64,000 bases of DNA, taken from an uncultured Anaerolineaceae bacterium (GTDB taxonomy: Bacteria; Chloroflexota; Anaerolineae; Anaerolineales; UBA4823). Both the position numbers and the translations under genes were made by a program. Under the pieces are notes generated by a model, which did not search any database, was not told the origin of the DNA, and saw only the letters and a list, made by a program, of their open reading frames with translations. Shown piece by piece: positions 30,448 through 40,732 of this stretch. The stretch covers positions 77,220 through 141,219 of the forward strand of contig CAZJMV010000113.1 in NCBI GenBank assembly GCA_964547225.1, given 5' to 3'. Every line of letters starts with the position of its first letter. Within the stretch, counting starts at the first letter, position 1.

Positions 30448-32084
30448 ATAATATTCTAAATATTAAAACCCCTGCTGAAGATATAGCAGATGTTCTTAAA
30501 AGCGATTATGGGATTGAGAATCACGGTCTTTCAAATCTAAGAAAAGTATATTGGAATCTTCCAATGGAAGCTTTATATGAAGAGGCAATATTTAGAAAAG
30601 AAGGCAGTATTACTTTTCAAGGATCATTTATCGTGAATACAGGAAAACATACTGCCCGCGCCGCTTCTGATAAAGTCATAGTTTTTGAAAGCAGTACAAA
30701 AGACCATATTTGGTGGGGAGAATATAATATACCATATAGCACAGAAAAATTTGATGAATTGCTGAGCCGAGTACAAGGTTATCTTCAAGGCAAAGATATT
30801 TTTATCCAAGATTGTTATGCTGGTGCAGATCCTGAATACCATCTCCCGATTCGCAGTATAACTGAATTGGCTTGGCATAGCATGTTTTCTCGGAATATGT
30901 TTATCCTTCCTGGTTCACAGGATGAATATCGTCGTCATGTACCAGATTTCACCGTCATAACTATACCGGAATTTAAAGCATTCCCACAAATTGATGGAAC
31001 TTCGAAAAGTACAATTATTGCGATCAATTTTGATCAAAGGTTGTGCATAATTGGTAATACCGGTTATGGTGGTGAAATCAAAAAATCCATATTCACAATA
31101 ATGAATTACCTATTGCCATTACAAGGCGTAATGACTATGCATTGTTCTGCCAATATGGATGAGAAAGGTGATGTTGCGCTCTTCTTTGGATTATCAGGTA
31201 CAGGGAAAACTACCTTATCCGCTGATCCATCTCGAGGTTTGATTGGAGATGATGAGCATGGATGGAGTGATGAAGGAGTTTTTAATTTTGAAGGTGGCTG
31301 TTATGCAAAGGTGATTGCCCTTTCTTCCTCAGCAGAACCCCAAATCTATGCTTGTACAAGAAAATTCGGTACTATTCTGGAGAACGTTGTTTTTGATCCA
31401 ATAACAAGGCTGATCGATTTGGATGATGATGAATATACAGAAAATACAAGAGCATCCTACCCAATTGAATTTATCGACAATGCAATCCCGGAAAAAATCG
31501 GTGGGCATCCCAAAAATATAATCTTTCTGACATGTGATGCTTCAGGAGTGATGCCTCCAATAGCTAAGCTATCTCCAGATCAAGCGCTATATCATTTTAT
31601 CTCTGGCTATACTTCAAAAGTTGGTGGAACCGAAATTGGACTTGGAGAAGAGCCAGAAATTACTTTCAGCACCTGTTTCGGTGGACCATTTATGGTTCAC
31701 AAACCATCCTATTATGCGGATTTATTAAAACGAAAAATCCTGCGCTATGATGTAAATACTTGGTTAATTAACACTGGTTGGGTAGGAGGATCATATGGGA
31801 TTGGTAAGCGAATTAGCATTCATTATACACGGGCTTTGCTGGATGCAGCCTTGAGTGGAGATCTGGAGAATGTGGAATTTGATATTGATCCCATCTTTGG
31901 GTTTAGAGTTCCAAGGGAATGTCCAAATGTCCCATCTAAAGTACTAGACCCTTCTTCTTCGTGGGCTGATAAAGGTGAATATATGAAGAAGTATCGTTCT
32001 TTAGCCGCTCGATTTATCGACAATTTCAAGAAGTTTGCTGATGATTGTTCTAAAGAAGTAATTAATTCTGGTCCAAAAATCTAG
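30444..32084 (+). CDS. pckA: Phosphoenolpyruvate carboxykinase (ATP)
   Basis: TGKHTAR, GEIKK, MHCSAN, GLSGTGKTTLSAD, IGDDEHGW, NFEGGCYAK; ATGA overlap with aspC. Confidence 0.96.
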   Translation: MNNILNIKTPAEDIADVLKSDYGIENHGLSNLRKVYWNLPMEALYEEAIFRKEGSITFQGSFIVNTGKHTARAASDKVIVFESSTKDHIWWGEYNIPYSTEKFDELLSRVQGYLQGKDIFIQDCYAGADPEYHLPIRSITELAWHSMFSRNMFILPGSQDEYRRHVPDFTVITIPEFKAFPQIDGTSKSTIIAINFDQRLCIIGNTGYGGEIKKSIFTIMNYLLPLQGVMTMHCSANMDEKGDVALFFGLSGTGKTTLSADPSRGLIGDDEHGWSDEGVFNFEGGCYAKVIALSSSAEPQIYACTRKFGTILENVVFDPITRLIDLDDDEYTENTRASYPIEFIDNAIPEKIGGHPKNIIFLTCDASGVMPPIAKLSPDQALYHFISGYTSKVGGTEIGLGEEPEITFSTCFGGPFMVHKPSYYADLLKRKILRYDVNTWLINTGWVGGSYGIGKRISIHYTRALLDAALSGDLENVEFDIDPIFGFRVPRECPNVPSKVLDPSSSWADKGEYMKKYRSLAARFIDNFKKFADDCSKEVINSGPKI

Positions 32085-32223
32085 GGGACATATGATTTGG
32101 AATGTATCTGAAATTGCTGAAGTCAGCTTATAGTTAATGAGCTAGCTCTTTTAGGTTCATAAAATTTTTTTCATGACTAATTTACTTTTACGCGAAAAAG
32201 GCGCTTTTGACAATCCTGTTGTC

Positions 32224-33543
32224 TTATTTTTTGATGTAATTTGTAAAGCGGTGAAAAAAGCGATTCGGCAATCTACCGATGATTTTCACTCCTCTTTTCG
32301 TATGATCCAATTTATCTACTTGCCCAAATTCATGAAATAACGAAATTAAATCTCCTTTTTGATATGGTATTTCAACGGTTATTGTTTTCATGGACTCAAA
32401 TAGTTGTATACTTACGAGTGATAACAAGTCGTTGATCCCTATATTATTTAAAGCGGATACGGCAACAGAATTTGGAAAATTCCTCAGAATTTTTTGAGCC
32501 TCAGAAGGTTTTTCAAGTTTGTCAATTTTATTTAAAACGGTGATAATCGGATTTTGATCAGCTTCAAGTTCTAATAAAGTCAAATGGACAGCTTCGGCTT
32601 GCGCTTGTGCGTTTGGATGTGTAACGTCGATAACATGGAGTAGGAGGTCAGCATCAGCGATTTCTTCAAGAGTAGCTCTAAAAGCAGCAATCAATTGTGT
32701 TGGTAATTTCTGAATAAAGCCAACTGTGTCTGTGAATAGAGCTAGATTTCCACCGGGTAATTCTACCCTTCGGGTTGTTGGATCTAGTGTAGCGAACAAT
32801 TGGTCAGCCACATAAACATCAGCATCTGAGATTTGATTTAGTAATGTAGATTTACCGGCATTGGTATAGCCCACTAGTGTCACTACAGGTACACGTGAAC
32901 GTTTTCTTCGTTGACGATATTGTTGGCGATGTGTTCTAACTTTTTCAAGTTGTTCCTTGAGGTGAGAAATCTTGCGCCATATAATACGTCGGTCAACCTC
33001 TAATTGTGTTTCTCCAGGGCCACGTAAGCCTACACCACCAACACTTCCAGCGCGCCCACCTCCCCCGCCAGCTTGTCTCGCCAGATGTGTCCAGGCACGT
33101 GTTAATCGGGGTAATCGGTACTCGTATTGTGCAAGTTCTACTTGTAAGGAACCTTCTCTTGTGTTTGCATGTTGTGCGAAAATATCTAAAATTAGCGCTG
33201 TGCGATCTAGAATTCTCACATTATTCGAAAAGATAGTTTCTAGCTCACGTAGATGTCTAGGAGATAATTCGTCATCAAATAATAGGATATCTGCTTGGAC
33301 TTCTTCAATTAAATATTTTATCTCTTCAACTTTTCCTGAACCAATATATGTCTTCGGATTTGGGTGGTCTAGTTTTTGAGTGGACTGACCAACAACATTT
33401 AGTCCAGCAGTTTCAGCCAGTAACTCTAGCTCATCAAGAGAGTCTGAAACAGATAGTAAGTTATCTTGTCTGTAAAAATCCACACCTATGATAAACGCTC
33501 GTTCTCTAGGTTGTGTTGTAGGTTCTGGTATTTTATATCGCAT
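32224..33543 (-). CDS. hflX: GTPase HflX
   Basis: GPGETQLEVDRR, GYTNAGKS, FATLDPT, DTVGF, NKID. Confidence 0.96.
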   Translation of the reverse strand: MRYKIPEPTTQPRERAFIIGVDFYRQDNLLSVSDSLDELELLAETAGLNVVGQSTQKLDHPNPKTYIGSGKVEEIKYLIEEVQADILLFDDELSPRHLRELETIFSNNVRILDRTALILDIFAQHANTREGSLQVELAQYEYRLPRLTRAWTHLARQAGGGGGRAGSVGGVGLRGPGETQLEVDRRIIWRKISHLKEQLEKVRTHRQQYRQRRKRSRVPVVTLVGYTNAGKSTLLNQISDADVYVADQLFATLDPTTRRVELPGGNLALFTDTVGFIQKLPTQLIAAFRATLEEIADADLLLHVIDVTHPNAQAQAEAVHLTLLELEADQNPIITVLNKIDKLEKPSEAQKILRNFPNSVAVSALNNIGINDLLSLVSIQLFESMKTITVEIPYQKGDLISLFHEFGQVDKLDHTKRGVKIIGRLPNRFFHRFTNYIKK

Positions 33544-33610
33544 ACTTATGTATTGTGTTATTTAATCCTTCTTTCCATTTGAATAAAAATTATATCTTTT
33601 TATTCCGTTT

Positions 33611-34498
33611 TTAGTCGATTATTAACCATTTGATCAATGTATTTCCAACAATCTCTAGACTTTGAGGACTTACCTTGTCGGTTGTATCTTCAATTGTATG
33701 CCAATATTTATAATCAAAATCGATGATATCCACAACTTCTACACCAACATCCTTAAAAGGAATATGATCATCTAGAATTCTATATTTTGTGTATGGAATG
33801 AAGTATTGTGAATATCCCAGATCATGAGCAACTTCCCATATTTCTTGAGAGAGCTCTGGATCTGAATTCTTTTCCATGTAAATATTTAAATCTTTATCTC
33901 CAACCATATCTACGATAATGGTTGTATCAGGAAACTCATCTAGTTCGTTGACAAAAACTTGTGATCCGAGAATCCAATCCCATCCTTCAATATTGCCATT
34001 GTCTTCTGCATCAAAAAAAACAAGCCAAATCTGTTTGTATTTGATTTTATCAATATATTCAGGAAGAACTCTAGAGAGCTCTAATAATACTGCTACACCG
34101 GAAGCCCCATCATTAGCGCCTGGGACAGGTAATTGTCGATTTTCGAAGTCAGGATCTCGATCTGCAAAAATTCTAGAATCATAATGGGCGCCTAAAATGA
34201 TCCATGGATATCCGGTACCTATGCTTCCTATGATATTTTTGACTTTTTTATTGTGGATGGTTGAAGTGGATATAGTAGTTGACCATTGATGATCGGATAG
34301 GACATTTTCGATATACTCAATTGTATAATCATGTGCCAAGCTACCAGGTATACGAGATCCATGTTTCATTTGGTTTTGGATGTGGTCAAACGCAAGCGAT
34401 GGAGAAAAGTGATTATCGATCTCATTGGTTTTTAAGGAACATGAAGATAAAGTAATTATTGTAATTACACAAATCAGTACACGTATTGTTGTTTGCAT
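33611..34498 (-). CDS. M28 family peptidase / glutaminyl-cyclase-like lipoprotein
   Basis: Lipobox LSSC, GAHYDSR, GANDGASG, DAED, DDHIPF, WHT; start uncertain (track 34639). Confidence 0.85.
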   Translation of the reverse strand: MQTTIRVLICVITIITLSSCSLKTNEIDNHFSPSLAFDHIQNQMKHGSRIPGSLAHDYTIEYIENVLSDHQWSTTISTSTIHNKKVKNIIGSIGTGYPWIILGAHYDSRIFADRDPDFENRQLPVPGANDGASGVAVLLELSRVLPEYIDKIKYKQIWLVFFDAEDNGNIEGWDWILGSQVFVNELDEFPDTTIIVDMVGDKDLNIYMEKNSDPELSQEIWEVAHDLGYSQYFIPYTKYRILDDHIPFKDVGVEVVDIIDFDYKYWHTIEDTTDKVSPQSLEIVGNTLIKWLIID

Positions 34499-34703
34499 CA
34501 CATCATTATTTATTCGATTTTCATATTTTTTGTTCATTTTTCTCCATTTTGCTAAATAATCCGATTTTATAGTTGCACTAGAGATATGTGAATTATTTTT
34601 GGAATACGATAAAACAGTAGTATAATCGTACCTTGGCAATTGTTAAATACGAGATATCTATTGTAGCACCGTAAATGCAAATATTTTTTATGGAGTAAAA
34701 GAA

Positions 34704-34892
34704 ATGAATTTTGGGCCAACTGAATTGATCATCATTTTGGTAATTGTGATAATTCTATTTGGGGTCGGTAGAATAAGCAAGATAGCTGGTGAACTTGGTA
34801 GTGGAATTCGCGCTTTTAAAGATGGCATTAAGAGCGATGAAGAGCAAGATAAAACAGACGACCAAAAAACAGAAGAAACGAAATCAGAGTAA
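34704..34892 (+). CDS. tatA: Twin-arginine translocase TatA/E
   Basis: FGPTELIIILVIVIILFG, GELGSGIRAFK. Confidence 0.92.
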   Translation: MNFGPTELIIILVIVIILFGVGRISKIAGELGSGIRAFKDGIKSDEEQDKTDDQKTEETKSE

Positions 34893-35064
34893 GCAAAAAC
34901 ATATTATTTCTATTATTATCAATAACATGGTCCGTTGAGTATATGATATACTCGAAAACTTCTGATTGATATTATCCCATTTATTAAAAAATGTGGTGTT
35001 ATGAAACTATCATCAATCAAATAATATTCTAATGGAATTTGGACCAAATAATGTGGAGATAAAC

Positions 35065-36198
35065 ATGAAGCGTTACCTTTTTGTACTATCTGTTTTATTA
35101 TCCTTGTTCATCGCGTTAACCGTTATTACAAATCTTGGTTTAGCGCAACAGAATCAAGTGCGAGCTGTACTATTTTATTCTCAATCATGTGGTCATTGTC
35201 ATATGGTGATCACAGAAGTCTTACCTCCTCTTACCGAAAAATATGGTGAAAGTTTGTTTATTGTTGGTGTTGATGTTGGGCATGAAGTTGGAAATGAATT
35301 ATACATGTCAACGGTAGAACATTTTCAGATTCCCGATAATCGCCTTGGAGTTCCTACGTTAATCATAGGAGAAACAGTTTTAGTCGGTTCATTGGAAATT
35401 CCAGAAAAACTACCTGGCTTGATTGAAGAGGGTTTAGAAGCGGGTGGAGTTGATTGGCCTGAAATTCCTGGTTTTCAAGAAGTCATGGCTCATCAAACTG
35501 GTGAAGCAACCGAAGCTTCAAACACAAGCACACAAAATCCAAATACTAGCGCAGAGTCACCTACTGTGACATCATCAGATAAACCTACATTCATCAACCG
35601 TTTTAATCAAGATCCTGTAGGTAATTCGTTTTCGATCGTTGTTTTATTCGGAATGGTATTGAGTGTTATCGGTGTTGCTTATACCTCGATCAAAGGTGGA
35701 AAATCTGAAATACTCAATTGGTCAAAATGGATCATCCCACTAGTTTCTATAATTGGTCTTTTTGTTGCATCCTATTTATCTTATGTTGAAGTAACACAAT
35801 CAACCGCTGTTTGTGGACCAGTTGGTGACTGTAACACTGTACAAGAAAGCCCATATGCTAAATTATTTGGGATTTTTCCCATTGGGGTTTTGGGAGTAAT
35901 CGGTTATATTGCTATTAATATTGCATGGATATTGCAATATTATGGTCCACAGTCATTAAGGAAAGTTTGCACGCTTGGCGTTTGGGCTATGGCATGGTTT
36001 GGTGTTTTGTTTTCAATTTACCTAACCTTTTTAGAACCTTTTGTAATTGGCGCGACATGTGCTTGGTGTCTAGCTTCAGCGATCATCATGACAATCATCT
36101 TACTTGGAGCAACTGAACCAGCGAAGATAGCCTTAGAAATGAATGAGAGTGGTTTTGAAGCAAGTTACATCATTGCTGAATCTGAGTTTCTTGACTGA
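35065..36198 (+). CDS. Thioredoxin-like (CGHC) domain fused N-terminally to VKOR domain
   Basis: Signal/TM, FYSQSCGHC, VKOR loop CGPVGDCNTVQESPYA, CAWC active site; ATG 35065 after GGAG. Confidence 0.85.
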   Translation: MKRYLFVLSVLLSLFIALTVITNLGLAQQNQVRAVLFYSQSCGHCHMVITEVLPPLTEKYGESLFIVGVDVGHEVGNELYMSTVEHFQIPDNRLGVPTLIIGETVLVGSLEIPEKLPGLIEEGLEAGGVDWPEIPGFQEVMAHQTGEATEASNTSTQNPNTSAESPTVTSSDKPTFINRFNQDPVGNSFSIVVLFGMVLSVIGVAYTSIKGGKSEILNWSKWIIPLVSIIGLFVASYLSYVEVTQSTAVCGPVGDCNTVQESPYAKLFGIFPIGVLGVIGYIAINIAWILQYYGPQSLRKVCTLGVWAMAWFGVLFSIYLTFLEPFVIGATCAWCLASAIIMTIILLGATEPAKIALEMNESGFEASYIIAESEFLD

Positions 36199-36215
36199 AA
36201 AAAATTATCATTATT

Positions 36216-36557
36216 ATGCATGAATTACCTGTTACAGAAAGTGTTTTGGAAATTGCATTACGCCATGCTAAAAAAGCTGATGCATCAAATATAAAATTCA
36301 TCAATATAAAAATTGGAGAATACTCGTCAATCATTGACGATTCTATTCAATTCTATTGGGATATCATATCTAAAGATACCATTGCTGAAGGTGCAATTCT
36401 GAATTTCAATCGTATCCCTGCGAAATTCCTTTGTCTTGAATGTGACAAGGAGTTCAAACCGGGTAAATCTGAATTCACTTGTCCTTATTGTAAGAGTAAT
36501 AAAGTAAAATTGGTTCAAGGAAATGAATTCTCATTAGAATCAATTGATATTGAATAA
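36216..36557 (+). CDS. hypA: Hydrogenase nickel chaperone HypA
   Basis: MHE N-terminus, CLEC...CPYC, GNEF. Confidence 0.95.
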   Translation: MHELPVTESVLEIALRHAKKADASNIKFINIKIGEYSSIIDDSIQFYWDIISKDTIAEGAILNFNRIPAKFLCLECDKEFKPGKSEFTCPYCKSNKVKLVQGNEFSLESIDIE

Positions 36558-36575
36558 TCTTAGGAGATCAATCCA

Positions 36576-36824
36576 ATGTGTCTTGGTGTTCCAGGTAAAA
36601 TAATTGAAATATATGAGCAAAACGATATAAAAATGGGGAAAGTTGATTTTGGTGGTGTAATACGCGAAGTGTGTCTAGCCTATGTGCCAGAAGCGGAAAT
36701 AGATGAGTATGTGCTTATCCATGTTGGATTTGCCTTGAATGTGATAAGCGAAGAAGAAGCTCAGGAAACATTAAGTCTCCTTCGAGAAATCGTATCCGCA
36801 AATGAATTATATCCGCCTGAATAA
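36576..36824 (+). CDS. hypC: Hydrogenase maturation chaperone HypC
   Basis: MCLGVPG, YVLIHVGFA. Confidence 0.96.
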   Translation: MCLGVPGKIIEIYEQNDIKMGKVDFGGVIREVCLAYVPEAEIDEYVLIHVGFALNVISEEEAQETLSLLREIVSANELYPPE

Positions 36825-36853
36825 GGATCCTTTATCCCCTAATAGATCATTTT

Positions 36854-37420
36854 TTATACTTTATCCACAATAATCCATGCATTGTGACCGTTTCTAACAA
36901 TTTCAGTAATTGCTTTGTGTCCATCGAAAAACCGTTCAATTGTCTCAGGTGACAGGAATCGACTGCGCATTAATGCTAATTTCTCTCCGATAGCAACTAA
37001 CTTAACTGCAAATTCTTCGATGTCAGGTTCCTCAATGACTAACCTACCGCCAGTTTTTAAAACACGACACATTTCGCGGACAGTTTTTGCTTGGTCTTCA
37101 ACATGGTGTAGTGCGTCCACCATAATTATGCGATCAAAATATTGATCAGGGAATGGTAAGTTTTCGGTGTAAGAACACACTGGTATCAAGCTATCTTTTT
37201 CAAAAGCTTGCATCAACATTTTCCGCGATTCGTCAGCTACAAATAATTTTCTTGCTAATCCAACAAATGCTTGTGTTACTCTCCCTGTTCCCCCACCTGC
37301 ATCTAGCAAAATACCATCAACCGGCATTTTTGCAGCCTCAATAATCATCTCTGGATCGCGGAGTCTAATGAATTTTTCATAAAAAGGGGCAAGTATACTA
37401 AAATGATCTAAAATTGGCAT
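36854..37420 (-). CDS. Class I SAM-dependent methyltransferase
   Basis: LLDAGGGTG, DALHH, RVLKTGG. Confidence 0.88.
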   Translation of the reverse strand: MPILDHFSILAPFYEKFIRLRDPEMIIEAAKMPVDGILLDAGGGTGRVTQAFVGLARKLFVADESRKMLMQAFEKDSLIPVCSYTENLPFPDQYFDRIIMVDALHHVEDQAKTVREMCRVLKTGGRLVIEEPDIEEFAVKLVAIGEKLALMRSRFLSPETIERFFDGHKAITEIVRNGHNAWIIVDKV

Positions 37421-37431
37421 AATTATTTGAA

Positions 37432-37953
37432 TTACCTTTTATAAATTTGTGGTAAAAATATATCATTTTCTCTATCATAGTTGAGAAAATTGACTAAGAT
37501 TGTATTACTGCTACAATCTGCGTATGTGCTAATTGAATACTCTGGTGATACAGGAATACCAATCATATTAATCAACTGAATATTCAAGGTATTATCAGAG
37601 GCTACCAATGAACTAGATAAGTATAATTCATAACCTCCCTTTCCAAGACCTGGCGTTCCACCAGTAATTGCATAAATCAGAATTGGTTCTCCGTCGAATT
37701 CACCTTCTAATTTCACAATGATATTTTCTACTGGTTCATATCCATCAAACACTTGTCCGACTATCCCTAACCAATTACAACCTTTATCTGGGTATAAGAA
37801 ATTTCCGATTGCGATAGGAGTGCCAGCTTGAAATAAATATCTAGGATTACCTTCCTGAATGGTAGCTGAAACTAACAATAACGGAACTATAACTAAAAAA
37901 AGAGATATCTTTTCCTTAGTTTTCATGGCATGAAAAGCTTTTTTAATCTTCAT
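37432..37953 (-). CDS. Hypothetical exported protein
   Basis: N-terminal hydrophobic segment, beta-rich body with a Cys pair. Confidence 0.65.
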   Translation of the reverse strand: MKIKKAFHAMKTKEKISLFLVIVPLLLVSATIQEGNPRYLFQAGTPIAIGNFLYPDKGCNWLGIVGQVFDGYEPVENIIVKLEGEFDGEPILIYAITGGTPGLGKGGYELYLSSSLVASDNTLNIQLINMIGIPVSPEYSISTYADCSSNTILVNFLNYDRENDIFLPQIYKR

Positions 37954-38170
37954 CTAACCAAAGGTCAGGTTCTTCATCGTCTAAATCAACATCTTCGTAT
38001 CCATCAAATTCTTCTTCTATATCCTCCCAATCATCATCGTCCAATTCAAGATCATCCATTCTTGAATATGTAGTACATCCTAGATCAGGGTCAATTTCAA
38101 TTTTGCGACAACTACAATAACCATCATCTAGAAATACACAATCTACATAATGACAACGAACATGAGGCAT
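37943..38170 (-). CDS. Small Cys-containing protein with highly acidic tail (DUF1540-like)
   Basis: C-x4-C-x7-C-x-C-x10-C, then D/E-rich tail; GGAGG SD. Confidence 0.7.
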   Translation of the reverse strand: MPHVRCHYVDCVFLDDGYCSCRKIEIDPDLGCTTYSRMDDLELDDDDWEDIEEEFDGYEDVDLDDEEPDLWLDED

Positions 38171-38277
38171 AACTAAACCTCCTTCAATTTTTTGAGTATG
38201 ATGGCTTTTTTCTTCAAGCCATATTATGAATTATTCTACACTACTTAACATAAAACTCATAGTGCATGAATCGTTGT

Positions 38278-40521
38278 TTATCCAGGTTTTACTCGTCTTG
38301 CTTCAAGCACATTTGGTAAATTTTCCAATCTATCTAACAATCGACTTAATTGAACAATATCTCTAACTTCCAGAACTAGGTCAAAGACAGCTACATTCTT
38401 TGAAGTTTCAGCTTTCACTTTGGGCATATTTACATTTTCATCAGCAATGAGTGTAGAGACATCTTTCATTAATCCATCCCGATCATATGCTTTAATCCTT
38501 ACAGGAATGGGATAAGTTGTTTTCGGTTCCCCCCAACTTACAGAGATTAACCTTTCACGATCTTTTACCTGTAATATATTTGGGCAATCCTTACGATGTA
38601 TTGTTGCGCCTCTTCCGCGTGTTATGTATCCAACAATTTCATCCCCAGGAACAGGATTACAACATTTCGCCATATTAGTTAGTAATCCTTTTAATCCCAA
38701 TACGGATACCGAAGAGCTATCTACGGCTGTTTCTGGTTTGGTGATTATTGGTGCGAGATACTCTTTTTCTTCTTCCTTTTCTCCTAGCGTTAGATGACGC
38801 ACAATTCTAGCGACGGGTAAATCTCCAGTTCCTATCGAAACATATAATTCTTCGACATTCTTTAGGTCATACTCATGCGATAGATGATCTAAATTTGTAT
38901 CGATCATTCCCAAGCGCCTGAGTTCTTTATCCAACATGGTTTTCCCTTGAGACATATTTTTCTCGCGTGCTTGTCGCTTAAACCATTGTCTGATTTTACC
39001 TCTAGCTCTTTGTGTTTTAACCATCCCTAAATTGGGGTTTAACCAATCTAAACTCGGACCACCTCGTTTTGCAGCTAGAATTTCTACCTTATCACCTGTG
39101 ATCAGTTTCTTGTCTAGGGAGATAAGTTTTCCATTTACTTTTGCGCCTCTACAGCGATGTCCCACATCCGTATGCACTTGATATGCGAAGTCAATTGGGG
39201 TTGAACCATTTGGTAAATCGATAATGTCTCCCCTTGGCGTAAAAACATATACACGATCCTCGAAAACGTCACTTTTCATACTATCGACGAATTCATGGGC
39301 ATCTTCTACATCTTGTCTCCATTCCATCAATGATCGTAACCATAAAATTCGCCGTTCGTAATCCTCATCCCTAGAAGCGCCCTCTTTATATCTCCAATGT
39401 GCAGCAATACCGTATTCTGCATTTTGATTCATTTGAGGTGTTCGGATTTGTATTTCTAGTGTTTTTCCATCATCATAATTAACAGCAGTGTGTAAAGATC
39501 GATAGAAGTTATCTTTCGGAGCTGCTAAATAATCATCAAATTCTCCTGGTATTGGTCTCCAATTTGAATGAATAATACCTAATGTAGCATAACAGGCGGG
39601 TTCATCGGGTACAATAATTCGAACGCCACGAACATCATGCACCATATCAAAAGGGACCCCTTTTCGGAGCATTTTGTTATAGATGGAATAGATATGTTTT
39701 GGACGTGCTGAGATTTCGGCATTGATCCCGGATTTCTCTAAGACAGACTCAAGTTTTATCTTAATATTATTTACTTCTCTTTCACGATCTATTCTTCTTT
39801 TCGCTAAATTTTCCGCGATCTCCCGATAACGATTAGGGTTGACGTATCGAAATGCAAGGTCTTCCAACTCCCATTTCATTTGCCAAATTCCAAGTCGATT
39901 CGCTAATGGAGCAAAAATATCCAAGGTTTGTTGTGAAATTCGTTGTTGCTTTTCAGAAGGTAAATGGCTTAAAGTACGCATATTGTGGAGTCTATCTGCC
40001 AATTTTATTAATACTACACGAACATCCTCACCCATCGCGAGGAATGTTTTACGCAGAGTCTCCGAAGAGAGATCATGTTTTCGGCTTTTTAATCGTCTTT
40101 CTTCCTCCTCCTCAGGCGCTATTTCTCCTTTTCTTTCTGCAATTTCTCTATCTTTTTGTTCTTTTAAAAGTATTTTTTTTTGCTGATCACCACGAGAAAC
40201 TCGAGGCAATTGTGTAAGTTTGGTTACTCCATCGACTAATTTAGAAACTTCTTCACCAAAATCTTTTTGTATATCATCTAGTTCAATATTAGTATCTTCA
40301 ACAACATCATGAAGTAAGCCTGCTGCTACGACTTGTGGTGGAACCCGCATTTCTGCTAAAATCTTGGCAACAGAAAGACAATGATTGATATAGGGTTCAC
40401 CGGAAGCACGCGTTTGATCTGCATGTGCGAGGTTTGCAAAATTATAAGCGCGCTCAACTAACTCCTTATCAGCAGGTGAATATGATTTTGGTAAATTGGT
40501 TAATAATGTTTCGATTTCCAT
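38278..40521 (-). CDS. relA: Long RSH (p)ppGpp synthetase/hydrolase Rel
   Basis: HD (LLHDVVED), ADRLHNMRT, EIQIRT, AAHWRYK, TGS and ACT domains. Confidence 0.96.
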   Translation of the reverse strand: MEIETLLTNLPKSYSPADKELVERAYNFANLAHADQTRASGEPYINHCLSVAKILAEMRVPPQVVAAGLLHDVVEDTNIELDDIQKDFGEEVSKLVDGVTKLTQLPRVSRGDQQKKILLKEQKDREIAERKGEIAPEEEEERRLKSRKHDLSSETLRKTFLAMGEDVRVVLIKLADRLHNMRTLSHLPSEKQQRISQQTLDIFAPLANRLGIWQMKWELEDLAFRYVNPNRYREIAENLAKRRIDREREVNNIKIKLESVLEKSGINAEISARPKHIYSIYNKMLRKGVPFDMVHDVRGVRIIVPDEPACYATLGIIHSNWRPIPGEFDDYLAAPKDNFYRSLHTAVNYDDGKTLEIQIRTPQMNQNAEYGIAAHWRYKEGASRDEDYERRILWLRSLMEWRQDVEDAHEFVDSMKSDVFEDRVYVFTPRGDIIDLPNGSTPIDFAYQVHTDVGHRCRGAKVNGKLISLDKKLITGDKVEILAAKRGGPSLDWLNPNLGMVKTQRARGKIRQWFKRQAREKNMSQGKTMLDKELRRLGMIDTNLDHLSHEYDLKNVEELYVSIGTGDLPVARIVRHLTLGEKEEEKEYLAPIITKPETAVDSSSVSVLGLKGLLTNMAKCCNPVPGDEIVGYITRGRGATIHRKDCPNILQVKDRERLISVSWGEPKTTYPIPVRIKAYDRDGLMKDVSTLIADENVNMPKVKAETSKNVAVFDLVLEVRDIVQLSRLLDRLENLPNVLEARRVKPG

Positions 40522-40732
40522 TCTCACAATCTCTATCAACTAGTATAACGATGGAGTTGATAGTCATCAAGGGTAAAAATGATTGTCAGTGCTAAATTTA
40601 ATAATACCTTTTTTTTCATTTATTATTAATTTTTTTCATCTTTTTTGATTATTTAATCAAAACTTTTTTATGAATTCTGTGTTATATTTGTAATCCAAGT
40701 AATAATATTCAGTCAAATAAAAGGAGAGAAAA

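Noticed and set aside
38243-38270. dif-like site (ACTTAACATAA resembles a XerD arm)
   Set aside because: The second arm does not match a XerC half-site; likely chance in AT-rich DNA
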